A stretch of DNA of 64,000 nucleotides. It comes from Octopus vulgaris. Lineage: Eukaryota. Of this stretch, positions 43,114 to 57,300 are shown piece by piece. The DNA lies in the NCBI GenBank assembly GCA_951406725.2, contig OX597815.1, forward strand, positions 69,440,001 through 69,504,000. The letters run 5' to 3'. Positions within the stretch are counted from its first letter, which is position 1, and each line of letters starts with the position of its first letter. Position numbers and translations under genes: made by a program. Under the pieces are notes generated by a model, which saw nothing but the letters and a program-made list of their open reading frames with translations, was not told where the DNA came from and did no database searches.

Positions 43114-43596
43114 GATAGATAGACAGACAGACAGACACACGCACAGACACATATATACCAAAGTATACCAAATTTTTCTGACTTTGGTGATGTTCTTGTA
43201 CATATATATACATGTATATATATGTATGTATACATACATTCATGTATACAACCATATGTATTGTAAAGTTTACAAAGGTTATGCAATATCTGGTGATTTG
43301 ATAATGTAATCCGCTTATAAGGTTTTTCTATGATGAATTAGCTTATGAATAAAATGTGTGTGAGATAACATAACTAAAAATGCATGAACAAACTCTCTTG
43401 TTTTCCACCTTCTCTTTCTTTCTTTCGTTCTCTCTTTATGTATGTGTGTGTGTGCATGTGTATGCCTATATGTTTGCATGTGTGTATGTATGTTGTAAGT
43501 TGATAAAGTTCATTGCATAATCATTTGACATCTCTTTTTTCTTATGTATGTGACACATTAAGTAGACAGAGGTGAACACCAGTGTGTGATTGTATG

Positions 43597-43656
<60 letters not shown>

Positions 43657-43688
43657 TGTGTTTGTGTGCGTGCGTGTATGTATGCATG

Positions 43689-43724
<36 letters not shown>

Positions 43725-43731
43725 CACACAT

Positions 43732-44863
43732 ATTACAATGAAAAATTCGGACGCATGAATGTTAATATTCTTAACTTATTACACCTGGAAAAGTACAGAA
43801 CAAGATTCGTACAGTAGAATTTGCCTATTACGTCACCAGTAAAGGAAACTAAAAAGTACTTAAAATTAAAATTCTACTGTACTTAAAATATTGCAACCGA
43901 AAATAACATTTTAAAAATTTACTATATTTTATAAAAACAAAAATTATAAGAACATTACTGGGTTTTTCCAAAAATACGTCCATCTGATTTTAAGCCGATG
44001 AGTTTATATACAGACATTCCTGTCATGTATAGCCCCAGCAAGTTTTATTATTTTCAGAAAAAAAAAAAATTATTTAAGCAAAATTATTTAAGTCTATATT
44101 TAAGCTCATGGGCTTAGTTTTGGAAAAAGCCGTATTTTAAAAATGAAATAATATAAAATTAATACAGTAAATTTCGCCTCATTAGTTATCCCTAGAAGAA
44201 AATTGAAAGTGACGAATTAGGTGAAATAACGAATTAGCCAAAGACGAACTAGACTAATTCTACTGTATTAATGTCAACTAATAAATTTTACTTATGATTT
44301 ATTTATCAAATTAATTTACTTATGATTTATTTGTCAGATTAATTAATGTGGACGAATTGACTGAGCATGTAGCTTATCTGAAACCGTTCTACTGCAATCA
44401 ATGATTATTTTGTAATGGCATTTCAATTTAAGTGAAAAAAAATCTTGCGCAATATTATTTAGAACTTCATATTTTATTGTTTGTACTTGCTACAACTAAA
44501 TAAAATGACTATTTTAATTGTATACATCAAAAGATGTGACTTAAAAAGATTTTTTTTTTGTTTGAGTTTATTTTTGATTATTATTGTACCATGTTTTTAA
44601 AGATTCACTTGTTTTCTAGATTCATATAATAAATAAAATAAATTATCTCAAATTTACCTAATATAATATATTTTAATTTTAAAAATGTTATTCTCGGATG
44701 CAATATTTTAAGTACAGTAGAATTTTAATTTTCAGTACTTTTTAGTTTTCTTTAGAGGTGATGAATTAGGCAAATTTTACTGTAGAAACCTTATTCTGTA
44801 CTTCTCCTGGTGTAATAACTTTAAGAATATTAACTTGCATTCACTCGCATTTTTCATTGTAAT
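43732..44863. mobile_element. Fold-back element with ~185-bp imperfect terminal inverted repeats and embedded TACAGTAGAATT-ended mini-MITEs
   Basis: Arms 43732-43918 and ~44675-44863; mini units at 43810-43881, 44713-44784 and 44163-44267; internal inverted repeat ~43960-44016 / 44091-44130. Confidence 0.75.
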
Positions 44864-46498
44864 CCACATTTTTCCAGGCAATGCAATAAAACTAATAAAT
44901 ATTCTTTTGTTAAAAAATATTTGAATTATTTTTCATTGTTGATGATTGAATTAAAATAAGAATTTTATGTTGTGTTTTCTTTTAATCGTCACATATTTTT
45001 TCTTAAATTCTAAAAATAAGAACAAGTTTTCTGGACAGAGTTTCGTTGCATTGGCTAATATAAAAATGACTTTAAAAAGCCAATGCATCCATCGTAAAGC
45101 ACGAAGAGTTACCTGCCCTTTTGCTTTTTCTGAACAGCATTACTAAAAACTTTCAAGTCTGCCCATTGAAAGAAAGAAACAATAATTTTGTTTCATTAAA
45201 TTTTGAGGAATAATTTTTTTTAAATGAAGCTTTCATATATATGCTAAAATTCTATATTATAATCCAGTTTTCATAAACTAATTTAAAACTGCAATTTGTA
45301 TAAATAAAATATAATCCACATATTTAAAAATGCAAAAATAACCAAAACATCTACCGTAAGGTAGGAGGATCCACCTGCCCTTGTAAGGCAAAGTTAGTTT
45401 GTTAGTCGAAATTCATGCAAAAACATAATAATAATAATAAAGCCTGCAATTCAGCTACAGTTCTTGTCAATTTGCCTGAAAAAAAAATCTGAATTCTGCT
45501 CCTCCGAAAATCCAATCATACTATCTGAAAGCAAAACCCTTGTCAATTTACCCTAAGAAATAATAATCTAAGTTCTGCTACTCTTAATATTGAATTAAAG
45601 TTTAAAAGCAAACAAAAAAATTATTGAAATTTTAGAAGTTCTTACAACCTTGATCTTCGTAATTCTTTGTTTTCGTTTGTTTAATAAAAATTCCTCCTCG
45701 TATAATGATTTTGCTTTCATTTTGTGATAGACAACTAAAATGCAGAAATTGTCAGCTCTTAAATTCTGTTTTCTGATTAGATGAAAATGATTAAATTTTA
45801 ACTTCAGTAATATTTTTTTGCAATAAGTATGTATGTATGTATGTATGTGCATGTATGTATGTATGTATGTATGTATGTATGTATGTATGTATGTATGTAT
45901 GTATGTATGTATGTATGTATGTATGTGCGTGTGTCTGTGTGTGAGTGTTTACGATGAACAGCAGAGAAGAGTTCACTTGTCATTAATTGTTGTCAACTTG
46001 CCACCTCTCTTCTTAAAACTACGTATTTGTCACACTAACCTTTGTTTCCCTTCATGGACGTTTTAAAAGTTACTTAAGTGTATGTGCGTGTATGTGTGTG
46101 TATTGTGTGTGTGTGTGCGTGTATTTACTAAAGTATGCATGCTGTGTCATGTGTATATCCCTGAAGTCGATTTTAGGCGTTATTTTCCCCTTTTTGACTT
46201 CACATATTTGAAATGTCAACTTTTTTTCTACTGAACCAAATTCGAAGTTTTGTAGTTCAATATAGATTAGGAGGTGACCAATCTAAAAATATATAAACAT
46301 CATCAAATTTGGTAAAAACCTGAATTAGTGACAAAGAGTAGAAGTGGTCGCGAGTAAGTAAATGTTGACCTTTCGAATATTATTCACACACGGCAGTGTG
46401 TGAATGATATTTATTATAATATAGTGCATTCTATGAATATGAGATAGATCTTTGCAAGATACCTAAATACTGAATTGAATCAAACATTTTGCAATATT

Positions 46499-46690
46499 GG
46501 TTTCCAATTTTGGCAGATGGCCATCGAATCCGGAGGGGGCGGAAGCTGATTACATCGACCTCAGTGCGTAGCTGATACCCATTTTAACAGATAAAAGGCA
46601 AAGACGACCTTGGCGCATTTTGAACTCAGAATGTAGAGACAGGCGCGATTTCACCATGCGTGTTAACGAATCTACCAGCTCGTCGTCTTA
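46499..46690 (-). mobile_element. SINE family C inserted in the array
   Basis: Shared core and head. Confidence 0.78.
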
Positions 46691-47746
46691 GTACTCTAAT
46701 AAGTAATAATTTTACTTGAAAATTGTTTTTACGTACTTTCAGTACATTTAGCTTATATAATAACTTTTTTCATTTTGAATATTTTTTGAAAAGATTAGCA
46801 CCACGACATTCGTCTTGATGAATTCTATCTTATGAGCTAAGCAAAAACAAGATTTATACACAAAAACAAAATGTTGAGGTTTTGAATTTGATTTTTGGCG
46901 TTAGCACATTTAAAATTTTTTATATATAAATAGCATAATGGGATTCCTGTAGTCGAGATCTATCTCTTTTTTTTCGCCTTAGTACTTTTCTTCCTCGGTA
47001 CTTTTTACCTCATTATTTCTTTTTTCTACTGAATATTTTTAAATATAACTAACATAAATAGATTCCGATCGTCGAGATCTATCATATAGATTTATTAAAA
47101 AAAATATATATTTGGACTCAAAGTCGATTTCAGGTGTTATTCTCCGGTTTGTGTCCCCACATATTTGACTCAAACTTTTTTCTACTGAACCCATCTTCAA
47201 ATTTTTTAGCTCGAAATGTAGCTCATGATGTGATCAAACTAAAAACGTAAAGATCATCTTATTTGGTTAAAAACTGAATTAGTGACCAAGTCTAGAAGTG
47301 GTCGTGAGTGAGTAAATGGTGACCTTAAGAATATTATTCACACACTACCGCGTGTGAATGATGTTTTTTGAAAAGATTAGCACCACGACACCTTGATGAG
47401 TTCTATCATATAAAGTAAAAACAAATTTAGGTGCTGAATTTATTTTAGGCGTTACCATTTTTTTCGGCATATTTGGCCCCAGTATTTTGATATAATTGGC
47501 ATCATCGGATTCCTCTAGTGGAGATCTATCAGAAAAGTTGAATTTAAATATAGTTTTCTTTTGAAATAAGAATAATATTTGGAGTGAAAGTCGATTTCAA
47601 GCGTTAAGCTCCTTCTTTTTTTTCGCCGGTTTTTACTTCAGTGCTTTTTTCTACTGAATATTTTTGCATATAAGTAACATGGATATGTTCCTCTCCACGA
47701 GATCTACATATAAGCTACAATAAAATATAATAAAAATAAAATAAAT

Positions 47747-47992
47747 GTTCCTTCTCGAGCCATGCCAGGTTCATAAGGGCCTGTTTCCCGGTTTCAGTGG
47801 CGTAGGAATTCCCCACCTGGACGGGACGCCGGTCCGTCGCAGTTTTACTCATTTTTGCCAGCTGAGTGAACTAGAGCAACGGGAAATGAAGTGTTTTGCT
47901 CAAGAACTCAACGCATCGTTCGGCCCAGGAATCGGAACCACAACCATACGATCATAAGTTCAAGACCCTAACCACTAAGCCACGCGCCTCCA
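47747..47992 (-). mobile_element. SINE with family-B head and a V/Meta-type central domain
   Basis: Minus strand ctgcgacggaccggcgtcccgtccaggtgggg..gaaaccgggaaacaggcccttatga after the family-B head. Confidence 0.75.
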
Positions 47993-48330
47993 CACAATAA
48001 AATATAGATTTCTTTTTTAAAATATTTGGTCTCAAAGGCAATTTCCCGTGTTTGACCGCACGTATTCTACTGAAACATTTTTCTACTGAACCAATTTTCA
48101 AATTTTGCAGCTGAAAATGTAGCTTAGGGCGTGGCCAGTCTAAAAACGTAAACATCATCTAATTTGGTTAAAAAGTGAGTTAGTGACAAAGCCTAGAATT
48201 GGTCGCGTGTGAGTAAATGTTAACCGTAAGAATATTATTCACACACTACCGTGTGTGAATATTAATATAATATGATATATGATATAATATCTAATATAAT
48301 ACACTCACACAAACACACAAACATACACAC

Positions 48331-48431
<101 letters not shown>

Positions 48432-48657
48432 TGTATAGCAAAGCATGCTTGATAATTAGATATTTTGTCTCTGTGGAACTATACTGTGAATAGTTCATAA
48501 AAATCTCCGATAATTAGAGCTGAAAGAACACAGACATGCGTTTCGTTTTCTCAAAAGCCCATCAGGGCGCTTATACCAATTTCCAGTTCATGAAGTTAGA
48601 ACGAATAAATGTAGTTGTCACTCCTTGCGAGCAATTTTTTTCAAAACAAATCAGTCG

Positions 48658-49172
48658 TCTTTTACTTGTTTCAGTGATTGGATTTCAGCCATGCTGGGGC
48701 ATCGTCTTGAAAGAATTAATCGAATACATCGATCTCAGCATTTATTCTTAAGTCTGCTCCTTATTCTATTGAACGCCATTTGGCGAATCGCTAAGTTACG
48801 GCGACGTAAATAAACTAACCAGTTATCGAGCGGTGGGAGTGGCAAACAACAAACATAGAAACACGCATATATATGTATATGTTCATATAAGATGAGCTTC
48901 AGCACAGTTTCCATTTGCCAAATCCTCTCAGAAGGCTTGACTGGCCCGAGACTATAATTGAAGACGCCCAACATATCATGCAGTAGGACTGACGATGAAA
49001 ACACAATCTTGTCTTTACTCTTTTACTTGTTTCTGTCATTTGACTGCGGCCATGCTGGAGCACCGCCTTTAGTCGAGCAAATCGACCGCAGGACTTATTC
49101 TTTGTAAGGACTTATTCATCGGTTGTCAATCGATGTTGGTGGGACAAACACAAACACACACACACACACACA

Positions 49173-49220
<48 letters not shown>

Positions 49221-49226
49221 TATATA

Positions 49227-49291
<65 letters not shown>

Positions 49292-49636
49292 CATATTCAT
49301 ATATACGACGAGCTTCTTTCAGCTTCCGTCTAACAAATCCATCCACAAGGCCCGAGGCTACAGCAGAAGACACTTGCCCAAAGTGCCACGCAGTGGGACT
49401 GAATCCGGAACCATGTGGTTGGTAAGCAAGCTACTTACCACACAGCCACTCCTACGCAATGTAAATAATTTTTCAAAAAAACAGTAACTCTTCAGAAAAC
49501 TCACAACATGGCAATGATAATAGTCCTCGTCATTTTTTTTTATGAAGATGAAATATGAGTATTACTTTAATTGTTAACTGTCAACAGTACATATTTGAGT
49601 ACTGAGAATATGTTTATCAGACATATATTATATAAT

Positions 49637-49671
<35 letters not shown>

Positions 49672-50095
49672 TCATATGATATTTTTATTCTTTTATTTGT
49701 TACATTAATTAGATTGCGGTCATGTTGGGGCACCGACTTAAAGGGTCTTAGTCGAAGTAATCGATCCTAAGTCTTATTCTTTGTAAACCAAGTACTTATT
49801 CTATCGGTCTCTTTTGTCAAGTGGCTAAGTTACGAGTGACATAAACAGACCAGCATCGGTTGTCAGGCGATGGTGGGGGTACAAACACAGATAAACACAC
49901 ACACACTCATATATATATATATGTATACATACGACGGGCCTCTTTCAGTTTCCGTCTGCCAAATCTACTCACAAGGCTTTAGTCGGCCCGAGGCTGTAGT
50001 AGATGACACTTGCTCAAGGTGTCATGCAGTAGGACTGAACCCGGAACCATGTCGTTTGGAAGCAAGCTTCTTACCACACAGCAACGCATGTGCCT
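48658..50095 (-). mobile_element. Cluster of three same-orientation SINE family A copies (48658-48990, 49018-49453, 49688-50095)
   Basis: Each shows tail, internal (CA)/(TA) microsatellite and at least part of the head. Confidence 0.88.
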
Positions 50096-50108
50096 ACATG
50101 TACATATG

Positions 50109-50193
<85 letters not shown>

Positions 50194-50194
<1 letters not shown>

Positions 50195-50664
50195 AGGAAA
50201 AAGGACAACAAAAACCAAGGCAGGACGAGTATCTCAAGTCATTTAGAATATTTAATTAGAATAAAGTGAATTTAAAGTAATTAATTAATTATTGGATCTT
50301 ACAGCTGTTTCGCTGTTTCTGAGATATGCTAAGTGATAGGTTAGCGTCTCCATACATTGGATATTCCGTCGTCAGAGACAAGGTGAGTATATACTGCTCT
50401 ACTGTTTTACTCTTTATTATTTCTATTTTATTCTTTTACAAACTGTGAATTCCCTGTCTAGAACTTTCTACATACTCACATTGTCTCTGTTGACGGAATA
50501 TCCAGTGTATGGAGATGCTAACCTATCACTTCACATATCCCAGAAACAGTTGTAAGACATCCAATAATTAACTAATTACTCCAAATTCACCTTACTCTAA
50601 TTAAATATTCGAAATGACTTTGAGATACTCGTGCTGCCTTGGTTTTTGTTATCCTTTTTACCTC
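50194..50664. mobile_element. Inverted pair of ~200-bp PLE pLTR-like modules, each with a type I hammerhead
   Basis: Arms 50194-50394 and 50470-50664. Plus motif 50482-50559: tgtct CTGTTGA cggaatat..atatccca GAAA CAGTTG TA agaca. Minus motif 50297-50380 has CTGACGA and GAAACAGCTGTA. Confidence 0.75.
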
Positions 50665-50834
50665 TAATATAACTCGGAAACCTACTCAGAAACTCGGAAA
50701 CCTTACTAGGAAACCTACTACGAATCTGTAGCTCTAGACTTAGCTGTGAACTTGGAACCTAACGGATGACCAATTATAGCACTTACACAGTGTACCTATT
50801 CGTTTAGATCACCAGTGAACTAACTCTTCATATG

Positions 50835-50866
<32 letters not shown>

Positions 50867-51003
50867 ATGTGTGTGTGTGTACACACACACATTCATGTAC
50901 ATATATATATATACATATATACATACATATATATATATATGTATATACACACACATACACACACACACACACGGAGACACACACAGACACACACACACAC
51001 ACA

Positions 51004-51040
<37 letters not shown>

Positions 51041-51384
51041 GTAGGTACACACAGACACTCACACTCACACATATATATGCGCTTGATGTATTTCGCACGT
51101 CTCATGACAATATAGATCTAAACCTGGAAACTTCCTAAAGCGAGGCACAAACCTGGTGCACATTTTGTATGGAAGACACGTAGTTGCCCATGCATGCAAG
51201 TCTTCCCTTTCTTTCTACTCCACAAATATTCTCCAAACATAGCGAAGTCGACGAAAGAATTGATGTAAAAATGCCAGAAAAATAAGCGTACTTGCATACA
51301 TACATACATACATGCATACATACATACATACATACATACATACATACATACATACGTACATACATACATACATACATACATACT

Positions 51385-51418
<34 letters not shown>

Positions 51419-51480
51419 CATACATACATACATACATACATACATACATACATACATACTTATATATATATATATACACA

Positions 51481-51512
<32 letters not shown>

Positions 51513-51613
51513 CAAGATAGATATATAGATATATATATCTATCTATCTATCTATCTATCTCTCTATATATATATATGCACACATACACATACATGCATAT
51601 ATATGTATACATG

Positions 51614-51655
<42 letters not shown>

Positions 51656-52545
51656 GTGTTTATATGTGCATATATGCTTATAATATGTGTACATATAAGC
51701 ACACATATGCACATGATCGTGTGCCCACACACAAACAGACACACACAGATATAGTCACAAGCCATATATAATAATAATAATAAGTTTGCCGCCCACCACC
51801 CACGACTCCATTCCCATTCTCATGTCTCACGTCTGAATGAGTGAGTGGGTCTCGTTTAAAATCTCTCTTCCTCAATCTACCTTGAAGCAGCAATATATAT
51901 TTTTAGACACAAATGCAGCAGCTAGCACCGTCCGCTACAACTGCAGTCACAATTGCACCATCGAGACCAGCAACTGCAACAGCTATATAACAGCACCAAC
52001 AGCAACAGCAACAACAATAATAACAACATCAAAGAAAACACTAACAACAAAAATAACAACAACAACAACAACATCAATCACAAGGCCCAGTATGTCTAAT
52101 AGGATTTGACGTCTAAAGTAGCTGGCATGCATCATCTGCTTGTTGCACGGGTGCAGTTAAGCAATAGCTTTTCGGCATTATACAATAAATAATATTGCAC
52201 ACGCCTCTCTTGCTACCCCGCTCCACTACTGTTTCTGTTTGTCTTTCACCGTGTCGCCCCCTCTCATTCCTTTTGTCCCTGCCTTTCTCCCTCCCTCTCC
52301 CTCTCTTCATCTCTCTCTCTCTCTCTTCCCTCCTCTATCAGCTCTTTCATACAGCTATAGCAACACACACCTGTACGTATTTCAATGTAATCTAAAACAT
52401 GCACATATTCATTCACACACACACCTGTGTGTGTGTGTGCGCGCGTGTGTGCGCGTGTGCGTGTGTGCGTGTGTATAATGTGTGTGTGTGTTTAAGATTA
52501 TATTATACGTATATACATGTAATATGTGTGTGTACATGTATGTAA

Positions 52546-52620
<75 letters not shown>

Positions 52621-53276
52621 TATATATATGTATGTATATATGTATGTATTTGTGTATGTATACACACACACAAACACACACATACAATATATATATATAT
52701 ATATATATATATCTATGTACGTGTACGTATTTGAGTCAGCTTGCATATATAACTTTAATGGATTTCTGAATTGTTCATATATCATGTTTGCCTTGTATGT
52801 ATGTATGTATGTATGTATGTATGTATGTATGTATGTATGTATGTATGTATGTATGTATGTATGTATGTATGTATGTATGTATGTATGTATGTATGTATGT
52901 ATTTATGTATGTATGTATGTATGTATGTATGCATGTATGTGTATGTATGTATGTATGTATGTATGTATGTATGTATGTATGTATGTATGTATGTATGTAT
53001 GTATGTATCTATCTATCTATGTGTGTTGGTATGAATGCTGCATGCATGGATACACACACACACACACCCTCATATATAATATATAATATATAATATATAA
53101 TATATAATGTATATATAGACAGATAGATACATACATACATACATACTTACATACATACATATGCACACATACATACATACGCACATATATATATAATTAT
53201 ATATAAATACACGTATACATATATATAATTACACATACACACTCACATACACACATATGATTACACACACACACAT

Positions 53277-53324
<48 letters not shown>

Positions 53325-54009
53325 GAATATACTATTATATATGAGTCTGTCTATTCATGCACATTTGTATAAACATCTGAATAAGTGTATATCTAGTTTC
53401 ATAAGCGTGTTGCCCGTCTATTGTGTCGCAATATCTTAGTAGATCACACAACCATAGTCTTACACACACACACACTATACATATATATATATATTGTATA
53501 AGTAAATTCTATTGTAATGTATGTTGTGAAATAAATTTGGTGATGTATTTCATATTTGGTAGAGAAGAGAGCGAAAGATCAAACAATTAGGACACGTGTT
53601 GTGACATATGATTTCACTTTTGGATTACTATGATGGAGACATTTACATCAGATAGTGGTCTATGTATGTGTGTATAAGTGTACGCATGTGTATAAGTGTA
53701 CGCATATATCTGTGTGTGTGTGTGTTATGTCTGTGTGCATATATCTGTGTGTGTGTGTATGTATATATATAAATATACACACACACACATATATATATAT
53801 AATTATATATTTACATATACATATATATACATATGCATACATGCAAGTACACATGCATACATGCATATGAGTGGGGTATGCATGTCAGTATATGCATATA
53901 TATATATATATATATAAACATACATACATACATACATACATATTTTACAGACAAGAAAGTAATGAAAGTTTGTTAACAAAATACACATATACACGCACAT
54001 ATGTATACA

Positions 54010-54051
<42 letters not shown>

Positions 54052-54153
54052 GTGTATGAATAGATATACGTCTATATTCTTATTTATACATGTGTATAAC
54101 ATATATATATGTATATATGTATATATGTGTGTATGTGTATGTATATACATATA

Positions 54154-54219
<66 letters not shown>

Positions 54220-54706
54220 CATATAGAGATATATGTATATCTATATATGTATATTATGCACATACATTTGTATAACAATATAATAGAAATATATATGTAT
54301 ATATAAAAATCACATATACATGCATACACACATACACACACTCAAACACATACACACAAGCACACGTAAACACACGCATACGCACGCACGCACACACACA
54401 AACAAAAGTATGACATGTTAGCATAGTAACAAATACAACATTTGTTTTAGATGGCGCGCTTTCAGAGGATCCACACTTAATGTGAGAAAAATCAATACTT
54501 GAAACTAATGTATTGTTCAAGTATGTAATATATTACTTAAGAGAAAATAAAACAATGTCTATCAGTATTTACGAGAATTTATCTACATCCATATTGAATC
54601 TTATATCTTGACATCTATTAATATAAATTGTAAAATAAGTCAGTGTGCCGCAAGGAGAAACGAGTTCTAATGTTATGGACGGCGCCCTTCTTTGAAATAA
54701 TAACAG

Positions 54707-55083
54707 TTTCAAATTTGGGCACGAGGCCAACAATTTTGGGGAAGCAAGTAAGTTGGCTACAGTGACCCCAGTGCTCAACCGGTACTTAATTTATCGACCT
54801 TGGAAGGATGAAAGGCAAAGTCGACCCCGGTGGCATTTGAACTCAGAACGTAAAGACGGATGAAATACCGTTAAGCATCATGCCCAGTGTGTTAACGATT
54901 CTGCTAGATCACGGCCTTACTTCTTTGAAATAATATCTGCTTTCATTTTTATCGCTTTCATATCCCGTCGAGGTTAACTTTATTCTTTTGCGTTCGATAA
55001 AATAAAGTACCAGCAACTGGGATCGATGTAATCAACTAACACTTCCCTCCAAAATTGTTAACTGTGTGTCACAATTTGTAACC
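54707..55083. mobile_element. Two SINE family C copies in inverted orientation (minus 54707-54918; plus, partial 54967-55083)
   Basis: Shared core on opposite strands. Confidence 0.78.
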
Positions 55084-55859
55084 ACTTCACCGCTTATATT
55101 ATTTATTTGTCTTGTTCTTCCTTTCTATTGTGTTTATTTGTTAATCGTAAGTTTGGCAAGGCATTAAACTCTATCCAGTGGTGAGGTTTCAGCTCAAGAG
55201 TTCCGAAGTTTTGAAGAGTTCAGAATTACTCCTTAGTCACCAGTACTCCTTGCTCCGGTCAGTCTAGAGGTGTTAGTTTCTGTCAAGGAATACCAGTTAT
55301 GGGTCACATAATGATGAATGAGCCTGTGACAGGACTCGGAGATGAGCTGGATCATAGACACGTCTCACAGACGCCTACCGGTGTATGGACATACTCTGAT
55401 GTCACGTGAACTAGTGTCCTTGCCGAAGAGTTAAATAGGTCTTGTACATCAAGGATCACCTAGAGAGAGTACGCGACTATGAATAAACCGGTAGAAGTCA
55501 ACAGGAAATTGTTGCTGTGTCTTAAGAAAAAATCATGAATCTTCAGTCGCTATAGCTTTCAGCAAATTTGTGTGCTGTATATAACATCATTTTATATCAA
55601 TGTATAAAAATCAAAACATCAATCTGGATAATCTTTGCCCTTCTCCTGCCGTTGTTGATTAATGAAACACTGCAGAACATATCCCAACACTTGCAGGAAG
55701 TAATGACTTTATTTCCCAGAGAAAAGATTATCCTTAAGAACTCGGTTGATCCAAGAGTTTTACTGAACTCTAAGAGCATGTTTTTTTTTTTTGCCTTGTT
55801 CGCATGAGCGGAAATACATATAGTTAAATGATTCGGATCCATTTTAGTAGTAGCGCATA

Positions 55860-55903
<44 letters not shown>

Positions 55904-55937
55904 GTATACATACGTATATGTATGTATCTATGTATCC

Positions 55938-56068
<131 letters not shown>

Positions 56069-56685
56069 GGTCGGTCGGTTTGTCTGTCTGTAAATCAGGT
56101 GATAAAAGGACTTGCTCACTCCATTTTCCTTGCTTTTGTAATTGTAAAATCTCTGCGGATACTTGTGGATTTTCAGGTATGTGCTTGATCAATCTCCGGA
56201 TTACCTTCCGTCTGATAGCTGTCCCCCGGAATGAGCATAGTAAGGTAAACTCCAGGGTTAACACCCGAATGAAATTATTACATATACACGGGTACGTATG
56301 TATGTGGATGGGTGTGTGTGTATGTGGGTGGGTGGCGTATGTGTGTTTGTGTGTATGTGGGTGGGGGCGTATGCGGGTGGAGCGTATGTGTGTGTGTGTG
56401 TGTGCAAGTGTATGTATGTATAGATACGTGGATGTGTGCGTGTGTGTGTATGTATTTATATATATATATATGTGTGTGTGTCAGTGTGTGTCTCTGTATA
56501 GCTTTTCGACTGCGAATGATCTGTGTGTCTTGTTTTTGTCCTGTATGCCGTGTGTTATGCTATCGTCCTTTTTCCAGCATGTGTTTTGATGGTTTCCGTT
56601 TGTAGTGTTCATTCTGTCCTACCTTTGATTTTATACATACATACATACATGCATACATACATACATACATGCATACATACATACA

Positions 56686-56720
<35 letters not shown>

Positions 56721-56767
56721 GATTGATTGATTGATTCTAGTTTCAGCTCATGAGCTGTGGCCATATA

Positions 56768-57300
56768 TATAATTTTGGGACAAGAACGCAAAACATCCAG
56801 ACAGTTAGGTGATACAAGAAAGGGACAACAAAAGATGCAGATAGACGATACAAAGAAAACAAGGACGGGTTATTCGGAGTTTTCTTTCTTCAGTCGAGTT
56901 CCAGATTATCTTTGCAATTTCGGCTGGTTATACTCCAGATTGCTCCGATCTGGCCAGCTCCAAGGAAAAAAGTAAGCTAAGAGCATTAGATTCATTAGAA
57001 GAAAGTAGCGAATGTATACGAAAACAAGGACGGAAAAAGAAAACGAAGACTGTTACACAAATACACATAACAGGATATAACAACAGGTGTCTTTCGACTA
57101 AGGACGAATTAAATTAAGCTGGCGTGTGTGGAAGTAAAGCCTTACAGCAGGGATAGAAGATTTTACAGGCACAGGGATGTTGCTCGGATGGCAGCCGAGT
57201 CAAGAAAGAAAGGTCAGGCTTGGCCGAAAACCGGTCACGTGGGGAGAGAAGAGTGAGAGGTAGAGGCCGAGGTAGAGGGACAGAAGAAATAAGGAGGGGT
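56768..57300 (-). mobile_element. PLE pLTR-like module (family H3)
   Basis: Reverse complement of 36344-36790; motif ga CTGAAGA aagaaaactcc GAAT aaccc GTC. Confidence 0.6.

Larger units (their letters stand above)
46160..48262 (+). mobile_element. Tandem array of three diverged units each ending in a stem-loop (Helentron/HINE-like)
   Basis: A ~240-bp module ends in attcacacac-N4-g(t/c)gtgtgaat at 46382-46405, 47336-47359 and 48237-48260; other shared blocks are gaaaagattagcaccacgaca and gagatcta(tc). Confidence 0.6.

Noticed and set aside
46160-48262. Regularly spaced palindromic repeats as a CRISPR array
   Set aside because: Eukaryotic context, ~900-bp spacing, homologous intervening sequence and no cas genes.
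55597-55810. LEFSKTLGS as LINE RT motif A (LDFSKAFD)
   Set aside because: The similarity is too short and lacks supporting neighbouring motifs.
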